From: Thecamonas trahens ATCC 50062
Taxonomy: Eukaryota; Protista; Apusomonadida
Reading direction: 5' to 3'
DNA: 64,000 nt
Assembly (NCBI RefSeq): GCF_000142905.1
Contig: NW_013657666.1
Coordinates: forward strand, 37,399-101,398
How positions within the stretch are numbered: the first letter of the stretch is position 1; the number at the start of each line of letters is the position of its first letter. The notes under the pieces are model-generated. The model worked only from the letters and a program-made list of their open reading frames with translations. It ran no database searches and had not been told where the DNA came from. The translations under genes and the position numbers were made by a program. Shown in pieces: positions 9,270-19,390 of this stretch.

Positions 9270-12200
9270 TTACTCCTCCCAAGCCACTGTCGCACTGTTG
9301 CGCCCGCTCTTGACAAGCCGCATTGTGCTGACGCCCGGCTGACGGCCCGATCCGAGCGCAAGCACCTTGTCGGTTGCACCGGCGGCGTACCGGAACTCGT
9401 CGACCACGCCGAGGCCCGGCCCGGTGTACATGTCGTGGCTTACCAGCCGCGCCACAAGCTCGACTGCGCCCGGTGTCGAGCCGACCCACGACGAACCGTC
9501 GGCAAATCCGATGAGCACAAAGCCATCGCCGACCCGCGAGATCTGGACCGCTGAGACCTCGGCTACAGCGTGCGAGTCCTTGAGCGTCAGCGACTTGTCG
9601 GCCTTGAGCCGAAAGACCTGGTTGACGGAGAGCGCCAGTATGTTGTCGTCGAGCTTGAAAGACCGGTTGACCTTGGCAAACGCCGCCGAGAACACAACCT
9701 CGAGACCGCGTTGTGCCACAGACTTGCACCGCCGTGCCACGTCCACCGAGTCGCCAACAAGCTCGAGCTCGTCGTCGCTTAGCGTCGCGCCCTTACCCAT
9801 GCTCGTCAGCACTGTAGCCATTGCGTGTCGCACACGCGTCCGCGGCGTCGCCGCTTGCGGATCGTCGTTTCGCACAGCCTCGGCGCTGGCCGCGTCTTCC
9901 CGTTGGAGGCCTGACGCGAGCCGGCTTCGTCGCTTCCGCTTCCGCCGCCGCTTGCTCGCGCCGCTGGCAGCCTCGACATCGGCATTCGAGTGCCGCTCGT
10001 CGGCCTCGGTCGCGACCTTGTCGCCCTCGCCCTCGCCCCCGCCCCCGCCCTCACCCTCGCCCTCGTTCCCGCTCTCGCTCTCACATGTCGACGACGACGA
10101 GAAGAGCGAGCCGGTCGATTCCGACTCGCTCTCGTCGCCGGCGACTAGCGCTGCCTCGACGTCCAAGTCCATCGACTCTAGAAGCTGCTTCGTGAGCGCG
10201 AGCGCGGGGGTGCGGACCTGGAGCTCGTGGCGGACCCGAGCGGCCGCCGACGTTCGCAGCGCCACCACTGCAGGTGTGCTGAGCGCTGGCAGGACATCCA
10301 AAAGCGCAAAGTATCCGTCCTGCCAGGCCCGCGCCTCAGCCCGCGCCGCTGCTGCCGCCGTCTCGGCTCGCTCGCGCTCGTTTTCGGCGGCGCGAAGAGC
10401 GGCGGTCGCTCCTTCTTCCGCCGCTCCGGCTGCGGCCTCTTGCTCCGCCAGCCGCGCACGGACTTCTGCCGCGGCGTCTTCCAACTCGACAATGCGCGCA
10501 GCAGCAGCCGCATCGGCAGCCACGCGCTCGGCCGCTACTGCCTCTGCTGCCTGACGGGCAGCAGCAAGCTCAGCACCGAGCGCCTGCAATTCGGCGCCAA
10601 CCGCGGCCTTGGCCTCGGCCGACGGCGCTGACGATGCGGCCAATGCCTCGGCCGAGTCAGCAGCAAGCGCTACGAGTTCTGCGCGGGCGACCTCGAGCTT
10701 GTTAGCGGTTGCTGCCGAGTCAGCAGCAAGCGCTTCGACGCTTGCAAGCACCGTCTCGATGTCGGCATCGGCCTCAGCACGGACCCGGTCGAGCTCTGTG
10801 GCAAACCACTGGGCAGCGTCGGCGGCCGCCTCGCGTGTATGCTCGAGCTCAAGCTCGACTGCCGCCAGCGCCGCCGCCTGCGCGTTCTTGTCGGCAGCGA
10901 GGACCGCAAGCTGAGCGCGGAGCGCGTCTTCGACGCTCGCTGACTCGGCGAGGCGATGGACAAGCGACTCGTTCTCGGCATGCGCAGCCGCCAACTGGTC
11001 GGCAGCGGAAACAAGCGCCGCATCGTGGGTGCTGGACGCATGCGCAAGCGCCAAATGTGCATCCTCCAGCGCAGACTTGAGCTTGGAGTCGTCGTCGGCG
11101 CGTGGCTCGGTAGCACGTGCTTGCGCCGCGTCTGAGAGGGCGGCGGCGGTTGCGGCCTCGGCCGCTGACAGCGCCCGTTCCTTGTCTGCAATCGCTGCGT
11201 TTGCAGCGACCAGCGCGTCCGAGAGCTCTGCAACTCGCGCTGTGGCGCGAGCGGCGTCCGAGGCGGCAGTGTCAGCGGCGAGCTTGTTGGCGACAAGCTT
11301 GCCCGAGAGCGCTGCGAGCGACGCGTACAGCGTGTCCTCGGCCTCAAGCGAAGTCTGCAGCTGAGCAGAGAGCTCGGCTTCTCGCGCGGCGGCAGTTGCG
11401 GCGGCAGCACGGAGTTCGGCCTGTAGGCTGTGGAGTCGCGACTCGAGCTGGGCCGACGACGACGTGCTTGTCGTCTGGGCCTCAAGGACTGCCATCTCAA
11501 GCTTGACCTTGTCGCTCCGCTCGAGCGAGAGCGCGGTTTCTGCGGCGCGAAGCGCCCTCTGCGCAGCCGAGGCGTCGGCGGCAGCCGTGGCGGCGGCAGC
11601 CTCGAGCGCGGCCATTCGTGCGTTGGCGGCAGTGAGCTCGGCAGAGGCGGCGGCAAAGTCGGCTTCGAGTCGAGACGCGGCAGCGCGGGCATCCAGCGCG
11701 TCGCGTGCTGCACGGTCAGCAGCAGCAGCGTTGGCAGCGTCAAGCTTGGCGCGCCACTCTTGGTTGGCAGCTGCAAGCTTGGCAAACGACGCATCGAGCG
11801 AGGCCTGCAGCGCATCCCGCTCATCAGTGAGCTTGGTGATGGTCTGCTGCGCTTTGGCGAGCGCGGCCGCCGATGCGGCTTCATTGGCGCTGACCGACGC
11901 GCCGCGCGCGCGGGCACCGCGCTGCCTATTGGCGGCAGGCTCGAGCTGAGAGTCAGACACTGTCGGCGGTGGGCGCGGGTCTGGCGGCAGCGGGCGCGAG
12001 ACGGCCTTGACCTGCGGATTCGCTCGGACAAAGTCCTGCGAAAGGCGCCGAACGACAGCCTCCATCTTGACCGCGCGCAAATGCGCAGATGAAAGGTTCG
12101 AGTCGGAGAGCATCGGATCAGAGCCATCGCCGGCGGCGCCTCGCGGCGGCGTGACAATGGTTGGCGGACGAAGGATGGAGCCACGGCGGCCGGGGCGGGC

Positions 12201-12998
12201 GGCACGGGCCATGGCGGCCGAGGCCGCCAGCGACTCGAGGGCAGCCGAGTGCGGAGTGGCCTTGCGGGCCGCAAGTCTGCGGGCTGCCAGAGACTTTGGA
12301 GAGTCAGACGTCGGCGAGCCGAGTGGAGAGCTGGGGGCGGAGGCGGCGTCGGCGAGGGCGGAGACCGGCTCGCTGGCGACGTACTCTTGGACGACGGCGT
12401 CAGAGAAGGAGAGACGCGGCGTGCGGGATGCTGGGGGCTCGGGCTCGCGGCGCAGCGCCGCGTTGGCCTTTTCCAGCACATCCATGGCATGTAGCTTGAC
12501 CCGCAGGATCCTGCTCCTGTCGGAGGAGTTGAACTGGCCGTCTTCCCACTCGTCGTCATCCTCATCGGCGTCATCTGTCGGCGGCGCTGAGAACCGCGAC
12601 GACGACGATGGCGACCTCGGCGGCGGCACAGCCGGCGGGCCGGCCACAAGATCCTGTACGGCCTCGGCCATAGCATCTAGCTCTTCCATAGCCGGCGTAT
12701 CTCTCCGGCGCATCGACCGTCTCGAGCCAACACTTGTCCCCAACGATGCCGATGCATCCGATGCGGCGACAGACGCATCAGCCCCAGGCCCGGTACCACT
12801 CTGTTCAGCACGATACGCTCTGGCATGCCTCCGACAGAACAGTATGCCGCCTTCAAACTTAGCCATGGAGAGCTTGAGCTCTTTCTGGCAAGATTGACAA
12901 TGAAAGCAGTTTTTGTGATAATCGACGGATTTGAAGGTAGTCACATCATCGGTGATGGCGATACCCTTTCCACAGAGACTACACTCACTCCTTGCCAT
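9270..12998 (-). CDS. LIM-domain / long coiled-coil / myosin-I TH1-like (PH-fold) protein
   Basis: N-terminal CSLC...HKNCFHCQSC...LFCRRH LIM zinc finger; Ala/Glu-rich heptads; C-terminal VVFSAAFAKVNRSFK...ILALSVNQVFRL...VQISRVGDGFVLI resembling Myosin_TH1. Confidence 0.7.
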   Translation of the reverse strand: MARSECSLCGKGIAITDDVTTFKSVDYHKNCFHCQSCQKELKLSMAKFEGGILFCRRHARAYRAEQSGTGPGADASVAASDASASLGTSVGSRRSMRRRDTPAMEELDAMAEAVQDLVAGPPAVPPPRSPSSSSRFSAPPTDDADEDDDEWEDGQFNSSDRSRILRVKLHAMDVLEKANAALRREPEPPASRTPRLSFSDAVVQEYVASEPVSALADAASAPSSPLGSPTSDSPKSLAARRLAARKATPHSAALESLAASAAMARAARPGRRGSILRPPTIVTPPRGAAGDGSDPMLSDSNLSSAHLRAVKMEAVVRRLSQDFVRANPQVKAVSRPLPPDPRPPPTVSDSQLEPAANRQRGARARGASVSANEAASAAALAKAQQTITKLTDERDALQASLDASFAKLAAANQEWRAKLDAANAAAADRAARDALDARAAASRLEADFAAASAELTAANARMAALEAAAATAAADASAAQRALRAAETALSLERSDKVKLEMAVLEAQTTSTSSSAQLESRLHSLQAELRAAAATAAAREAELSAQLQTSLEAEDTLYASLAALSGKLVANKLAADTAASDAARATARVAELSDALVAANAAIADKERALSAAEAATAAALSDAAQARATEPRADDDSKLKSALEDAHLALAHASSTHDAALVSAADQLAAAHAENESLVHRLAESASVEDALRAQLAVLAADKNAQAAALAAVELELEHTREAAADAAQWFATELDRVRAEADADIETVLASVEALAADSAATANKLEVARAELVALAADSAEALAASSAPSAEAKAAVGAELQALGAELAAARQAAEAVAAERVAADAAAAARIVELEDAAAEVRARLAEQEAAAGAAEEGATAALRAAENERERAETAAAAARAEARAWQDGYFALLDVLPALSTPAVVALRTSAAARVRHELQVRTPALALTKQLLESMDLDVEAALVAGDESESESTGSLFSSSSTCESESGNEGEGEGGGGGEGEGDKVATEADERHSNADVEAASGASKRRRKRKRRSRLASGLQREDAASAEAVRNDDPQAATPRTRVRHAMATVLTSMGKGATLSDDELELVGDSVDVARRCKSVAQRGLEVVFSAAFAKVNRSFKLDDNILALSVNQVFRLKADKSLTLKDSHAVAEVSAVQISRVGDGFVLIGFADGSSWVGSTPGAVELVARLVSHDMYTGPGLGVVDEFRYAAGATDKVLALGSGRQPGVSTMRLVKSGRNSATVAWEE

Positions 12999-13065
12999 CT
13001 CTTCCTACTTGTCGACCTTGCTATATAGTACTCCTTGACCAATGTGTGTACGATCTGTGTAATCC

Positions 13066-13308
13066 CCTTGCTCTTGCTCTTGCTCTTGCTCTTGCCCTTG
13101 ATCACCCTCACCCTCACTCTGCCAACCGAGCACCACACCGACAGAGCCAGGTCACTCACACACACACGCACACACACACGCACACACGCACACACCCTGG
13201 TGACGAAGGTGGTTGTGTGGTGGCCGGTGAAGGGGGGAGGGGGACTCGTGGTCTCCTCCTGTCCGAGTGAGAGTGAAGTGGTCTTCCCCCCCCCCCCCCC
13301 CCCCCCCC
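13066..13308. repeat. Simple repeats in a divergent promoter: (TTGCTC)n, (CA)n, poly-C
   Basis: Visible between the LIM gene start (12998) and the K+ channel start (13317). Confidence 0.85.
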
Positions 13309-13316
13309 GGACGCGC

Positions 13317-16174
13317 ATGGTTCGCATGGAGGGCGCAAAGGGCAGGCGGCTGCGCAAGGTGGGCCCGGCTCCCGAGGCGGCCACCGGAGACCGGCACGGG
13401 GCACGGACCGATGCCATGAGCAGAGACCTCGAAAGCAAGGCTTTGAGCAGCAGCGACGATTGTGCTAGTCAGTTGGCGGCGGATGATGGTGGTCGCTACG
13501 ATGGTGCAAACGGCTCTGGTGGTGGCGGCAGCTCTGGTAGCGATGGCGGCTCTGGCGGTGACGGCAGCTCCGGCAACGACGGTGCCGAGCAGGCCACGCC
13601 GCCGACCAAAGCCATGTTCCTCTCCAAGCTCCGGCATCTAGCTATCTCCATCGTCCTCACTAGTATCGTTATGATCGTGGGCATGGTGCTGTGGGCCGAG
13701 GCCGAGGACGACACCAACGCCAATGGCCTGTACCTGGCGTCGGTTGTGCTGACCACAATCGGGTTTGGCGACTTGACGCCCAACACCACGACGGGCCGGA
13801 TGGTCATCATTTTCTACAGCTGTATCGGCCTCGCTGTCGTGGGCTACACCATCTCATACCTCTCGGACATGTGCGCGTACTCGGTGCAGTCGATCACGAC
13901 GCGACTCTCATTCGACTCTGCCTTTCTCGGCTCGACCGATGCCTACGTTAAGATCCGCCACGCTGACGTGGAGACCGACGTGGTGTTTGCCTCGCTCAAT
14001 CCCGTCTTTCCGGCACAGACGTTTGACATCGATGCTCTGCCGCTGTGGCGCAACCCGGAAAAGGTGTTTTTGTCGGCGAGTTTGTCTCCTCTTCGTCCGA
14101 GCTCTCGTACTCGTCTGTCTCGTCCGAACTCTCGTCCTCAGCCGAGGCCGCCATGAAGGCTGCGATGCAGGTCGAGCTCTCGCTGACCGAGTTTGACGAC
14201 AACGCGACGACCCCAGTAGCGACTGCTGACCACCGACGCGCGTTCCGCAAGCAGCGCCGACAGGCAACCCGACGCGAGCTCTTCCGCCAGTCATCGGCCG
14301 GCGACACTGTACCGGTAGTCCACTTTACCGTCATGGACTACGACCGGTTCACTGCCGACGACTTTATCGGCTCAGTCCAAATCCCGCTCGGTCTTGTGCG
14401 CCGGCGGTGGCGGACCTTGTCGCGGCCGATCATTCCCGACGACCACGACCTCGACAACGAGCTGCTGGAGGAACTCATCCGCTCGTCGCAACTTGTGGTC
14501 CGCCTCCGCTGGGCGTCTGCGGCCAAGAAGACTCTCCAGGTCCAGGTCGTCTCTGCACACTCGCTTCCCATCATGGATCGTGTCCACTTTCACAAGCTCC
14601 TCTCTGCCGCGCTCAATTTTACCAAGGAAGCCGTCCTTGCGCTCATCCTCCTCGGCATCGTGCTTGCCACCGGCGCTGTCGTCTTCTCACACACCGAGGG
14701 CTGGACTCTCTTTGAGGGCTTCTACTTTGCCTTTATCGCCATCTCGACAACCGGCTACGGCGACTTTGCGCCGACGACCAAGACCGGGCGGGCGGTTTTT
14801 GTGCCGTATGCGCTGGCGTCGGTAGCCGTCGCCACCTACGCCATCTCGGTTGTCCAGCACATGACGACTGCGCACGTCTTCCGCCAGTCGGTCAACGACA
14901 AGGCCGGAAGCCACGAGTCGATTTCTGGCCGGCCACTCTCGGACACGGTCGCGTACTCGCTGCGGTTTACCGAGGCCAAGCTGCGGTCGTCCAAGCTCGG
15001 GAAGATCCACCGCAAGGTCGACTCGTGGCTCGCCCGATTACCGCAGGGCGCCAAGCAGACGATCTTCCTTATCGCCACCATCACCACCTTTATGTCGCTC
15101 GGTGCCGTCTTTATGTCGCAGGTTGAGGGCTGGTCCTTTTTCGAGGGCCTCTACTTTGCGCTGGTCACTACCTCGACTGTCGGCTACGGCGACTTTTACC
15201 CGACCAAGACCTCGTCGCGGATCTTTGTCATGCTCTTTTCGCTCGTAGGGCTCGGTCTCATGACAACCACGGTGGCGTTTATTGCCCACTCGTCGGTGGA
15301 AAAGGCAGTTGCCAACGCCACAACGGCGGTCAACCGCAAGATCCGCCGCTGGCGAACGATCCACACAGAGGCGCTCCTAGCGCTAAACCGCCGCATCATC
15401 AACAACGAGGCCGCCGAGCCGCAGGTCAATGACGTGGTCCACGCCCTCGACTCGCTCGACGACGGCGACGAGGACGGGCTCCTCGACAACTACGATTTGG
15501 ATTTGGAGGCGCCCGAGGATGCTGGGCCGCTGCGCGGCGAGCGTGGCGAGGGCCCGTCGTCCTCGCTCGACCTTCTTGTGCAGCACTTGCTGAAAGTGCT
15601 GCTCTCGTTCATCATCTTTGCGGTCCTCTGCTGCGCCGGTGGTCTTGTCTTTTACTTGCTTGAGGACCGGGACTCGATCGCCACCTACTTTGAGTCTGTC
15701 TACTTTTGCGTCGTCACCCTCACCACCATCGGGCTCGGCGACGTCCTTGTCGACAACGTCAACGCGCGCATCTTCCTCATGGTCTACATTGTGTTTGGCC
15801 TCGGTGTTTTTGTCTACGCCGTCACCAATCTGCAAAAGTCGTCAATCCTGGCCTTTGAGCAGGGCTTCCGCACCGTCTTTGTCCGCTACCAAAAGTGGCA
15901 GCACGCTATCTACGTCCGCGAGCAAGCCCTCGCCGCGCGAAGAGGCGAGCTGAGCTTGGATGAGCTCGAGAGCGAATCTGATGCTGCCGGCATGGGCGCC
16001 GAGAATCGAGTGCTGGACCGCCGCCCGCCCAGTATGCCCAGGAGTGCGTCGACGACCGTCGCTGCTGCAAGAACGCTGGACGACTTGCCGGCCGTGCAAT
16101 CGGGTGCCAGCCTGCAGCCGTCGGTCTCGCGCTCGACGTCGCGGTCGACCGTCGGCTCGAGCGTGACAAGGTAA
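13317..16174 (+). CDS. K+ channel with four 2TM/1P modules (8TM/4P) and an internal C2 domain; apparent -1 frameshift at the T5 run 14067-14071
   Basis: Selectivity filters TTIGFGD (13752-13772), TTGYGD (14747-14764), TVGYGD (15176-15193) and TTIGLGD (15722-15742), each flanked by TM helices. C2 motifs GSTDAYVKI, LNPVF, VMDYDRFTADDFIG and LQVQVVSAHSLPIMD span the frameshift. Confidence 0.85.
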
Positions 16175-16218
16175 AAAGCCGCATCCGACCCCCAAGTGGG
16201 AAGCGTTCAATGAGTAGG

Positions 16219-16760
16219 CTAGGCGCGGACGATCTTGCGCATCTTCTTCTGCCGCTTCTTGGCCTCCTGGCGCTCGAGCTTGGCGCGGTAACGCTCCTCC
16301 TCCTCCGGCGTCATCTTGGCCATGGCAGCCTCCTGACGGGCCTTTTCGGCGCGGATACGGGCCAGCTTCTTCTCCTGGATGGCCTCGGCCTTCTCCTCGG
16401 GCGTCATAGTGACGGCATTGGCAGCTTCGCGAGCAGCAGCCATGCGCTTGCGCATGGACGTCGAGATCCGGATCGCCGGAAGCGCATCCACCAACTCGCC
16501 AAGGAGCATGCCGAGAATGGTGGCGTCGGCATCAAGCTCAGCCGGCGGCATCTTGTACACCATGTGAACAACGGAGCGGTGCTTGAGCGACCACGGCGAC
16601 TCATCGGTAATGTGGAGGAGCCACATGTAGTTGCTAAAAGTGTTGAAGACGTTGGTGATCGAGTCGGAGACAACGATGGGCGCAAGGCCGTGGTCCTCGG
16701 AAGCAACAACAAACGAATCTGGCAGCTTCCGCAGCTTGCTCGACTTGGTGTACGCCTTGA
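16219..16760 (-). CDS. CCDC47: CCDC47 (PAT complex subunit, DUF1682), C-terminal part; the rest is in or beyond the N-gap
   Basis: LPDSFVVASE...LHITD and the basic coiled-coil end EAIQEKK..R..EK...MTPEEEERY..K.E...AKKRQKKM resemble CCDC47. The frame is open up to the gap. Confidence 0.65.
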
Positions 16761-17227
16761 NNNNNNNNNNNNNNNNNNNNNNNNNNNNNNNNNNNNNNNN
16801 NNNNNNNNNNNNNNNNNNNNNNNNNNNNNNNNNNNNNNNNNNNNNNNNNNNNNNNNNNNNTCTGGCTGCACCTGACTAGCCCTCCACCCACCCACCCCCA
16901 CCCACACCATCCCAACCCCCTCCATACACATCCCCTCTCCCCTCCCCTCCCCTCCCCTCCCCCTCGCCTCCCCTCCCTCCCCTCCCCTCCGCTCCCTCTC
17001 GCCAGGTGACGGACATCATCCTCTTGCAACCGGTCTGCAACACATTGGCGTGACTTTATTTCCGCAGCCATCACCCCCTCCCCCCTCCCCCCCCTCCCCC
17101 TCCCCCCCCCTCCCCCTCCCCTTGTCACACGTGCACGTGTGCTCGCACTTGATCTTGCTTCGCTGCTTCGTCGCTGATCCTCCACATCGTCTGCAGTGTT
17201 TGCGACTGATTGCTCGACAGGGTCATC

Positions 17228-17824
17228 ATGGGCAAACGGCGGAGTGTGACAAGGTCGCCCGAGTGGATGGCTATGGCTGCCGGCTCGGCTGTGGTGCTGG
17301 TCATTGCCGTCATCGCCTTTTGGTCCATCTTCTCGCTCGGATGGATGCACCTCAAGACGAACGAGGTCAAGGCGTGGTACGGTCTTTCTCGCGCCTGTCT
17401 CCATCCATCCGGCGGCGGCTCAAGCTGCTTCAGCTACGCCATCGACGAGATCAAGCCGCTGTACCACGGCGGCCGAGTCGCTCTCGTCTTTGCCATCGTC
17501 ACCTTGGTTACCGCGTCTCTCGCTCTCCTCCCTGCTGCCTTGTTTCTCACCCAAAAGGCACCCTACCACATCGCCGTCGCTGCCTTTGTCATCCTCTCCT
17601 GCTGCCTCATGATCGCCGCCACCGGCTCGTGGGCCGCCTTTGACAATCTTGTCGTCAACGGGCCGGGCTTCCACGCCCTCGCCCCGCCACACGGGCCCTC
17701 GCTCTCGTACATGTTCGTCTTTATGGTCCTTGCCTCGCTCTTCTCCATGATCCCCGTCCTCGCGGGCGTCTACGCCTGGACCCGTCGCCGCTACACGCTC
17801 TACGTCTACATCCCGTCGTCGTAG
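17228..17824 (+). CDS. Four-TM claudin/PMP22-superfamily-like membrane protein
   Basis: Four hydrophobic helices; first loop W...YGLSRAC..x9..C resembles the W-GLW-C-C signature. Confidence 0.6.
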   Translation: MGKRRSVTRSPEWMAMAAGSAVVLVIAVIAFWSIFSLGWMHLKTNEVKAWYGLSRACLHPSGGGSSCFSYAIDEIKPLYHGGRVALVFAIVTLVTASLALLPAALFLTQKAPYHIAVAAFVILSCCLMIAATGSWAAFDNLVVNGPGFHALAPPHGPSLSYMFVFMVLASLFSMIPVLAGVYAWTRRRYTLYVYIPSS

Positions 17825-17887
17825 ACCCCCCCCCCCCCCTCCACAGACATACCAATCAACACCCGTCTCCACTTCCCCTCCCCCCCC

Positions 17888-19368
17888 ATGCTCTCCCGCA
17901 CCCGATCATCTCTTGCTCGCCTCCTTGCCCCGCTCCCGATCGTCCCGCGCCTGGCCTCATCGACGGCGCAACCCCCACCATCTACGCGCTCTCGTCCGGG
18001 CGCGATCGCGCCGGCGTGGCCGTCATTCGCCTCTCCGGCCCGTCTGCCCGCACGGCGATGGAGGCCATGGCTCGTCCTCCACCCAAGATCGAGCGCCGAC
18101 TCGCGGCTACCCAGCTCGTCCACCCGGCCTCTGGGCAGGTCCTCGACTCGGGCATGGCCGTCTTCCTCACCTCGCCACGGACGGCGACCGGCGAAGACAT
18201 GGCCGAGCTCCACGTCCATGGCGCGCCGGCTGTGGTCGCTGCCGTCCTCGACGGCCTGCAAGCCCTCGCCAGTCACACGCCCATGCGCATGGCCTTGCCC
18301 GGCGAGTTCACCCGCCGTGCCCTCGCTGCCGGCAAGATGGACCTCGTCCAGGTCGAGGGTCTCGCCGACTTGCTCGCGGCCTCGTCCGAGGCCCAGCGGG
18401 CGACGGCACTTGCCGCTGCGCTCGGCAACCATTCGGCGACGTACACGGCGTGGACAGAGGCCGCTGCCCATGCTCTGGCCATGGCCGAGGCCATGGTCGA
18501 CTTTGGCGAGGATGAAGGGCTCGACGCCGCTGCCCTCGATGCCGCTCTCGACGCTCTGCGCCCGACCGCGGCAGACATGGCGTCTGCGCTCGCCGGCGCA
18601 CGCGCCTCGATGGCCATCCGTGACGGCGCTCGCGTCGCCTTGGGCGGCCTGCCAAATGCAGGCAAGTCGTCGATGCTCAATGTGCTTGCCGGCCGTGACG
18701 CTGCCATCGTCGACGCCACTCCGGGCACCACCCGCGACGCCCTTGAAGTCCCACTGGACCTGGGCGGTTTCCCCGTCGTCGTTGCCGACACTGCCGGCGT
18801 CCGCGCCTCGCCCGAGTCATCCATCGAGGCCGAAGGCATCCGCCGCGCTCAGGCTGCCTGGCGCGACGCTGCCATCCGGGTCCTCGTCGTCGACGATGGC
18901 GGCCAAGCTGTCGACGACGCCCTCTCTGCCCTCGCGCCGCCGTTGCCGCAGCTTGTTGTCCTCAACAAGGCCGACACGCGGGCTGCCGACGCCAGCGCCG
19001 CCGCCGCCGCCCGCATTGCGAGCCGCCTCCCCGGCGTCGGCCTCGTCGAGATCTCCTGTGCGGATCAGGTCGGCATCGACGCGCTCGAGGCCGAGCTCAC
19101 AGCCGCGGTCAGCGCGTACTTTGACGACGGCGACCGTGGCACAGGGAGCAGCACCAGTGAGGGTGTGGTAGTCACCCGCGCCCGCGTCCGCGATCACCTC
19201 CGCACTGCGCATGACAGCCTTGTGCGTGCCTTTGACGCTCGCGCAGAGCCGGATCTCGTCGGCGAGGCGCTCCGCGACGCAGTCGCCGCCCTTGGCAGCA
19301 TCACCGGTGTGGTTGACGCCGAGGCCGTCCTCGACATTGTCTTTGCCGAGTTCTGCATCGGCAAGTAG
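17888..19368 (+). CDS. GTPBP3: Mitochondrial tRNA modification GTPase MnmE/GTPBP3/MSS1; -1 frameshift at the C5 run 17972-17976
   Basis: Arg/Ser/Leu-rich transit peptide, TIYALSSG...GVAVIRLSG, TGED.AE.H.HG, GLPNAGKSS, GTTRD, DTAG, NKAD and terminal FCIGK. Confidence 0.95.
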
Positions 19369-19390
19369 TACCGTGTTTATGCGGGAGGAG

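Noticed and set aside
16861-17120. Possible upstream exon of CCDC47 beyond the gap
   Set aside because: A CAG acceptor-like site exists near 16872 on the minus strand, but no convincing CCDC47-like translation could be identified.
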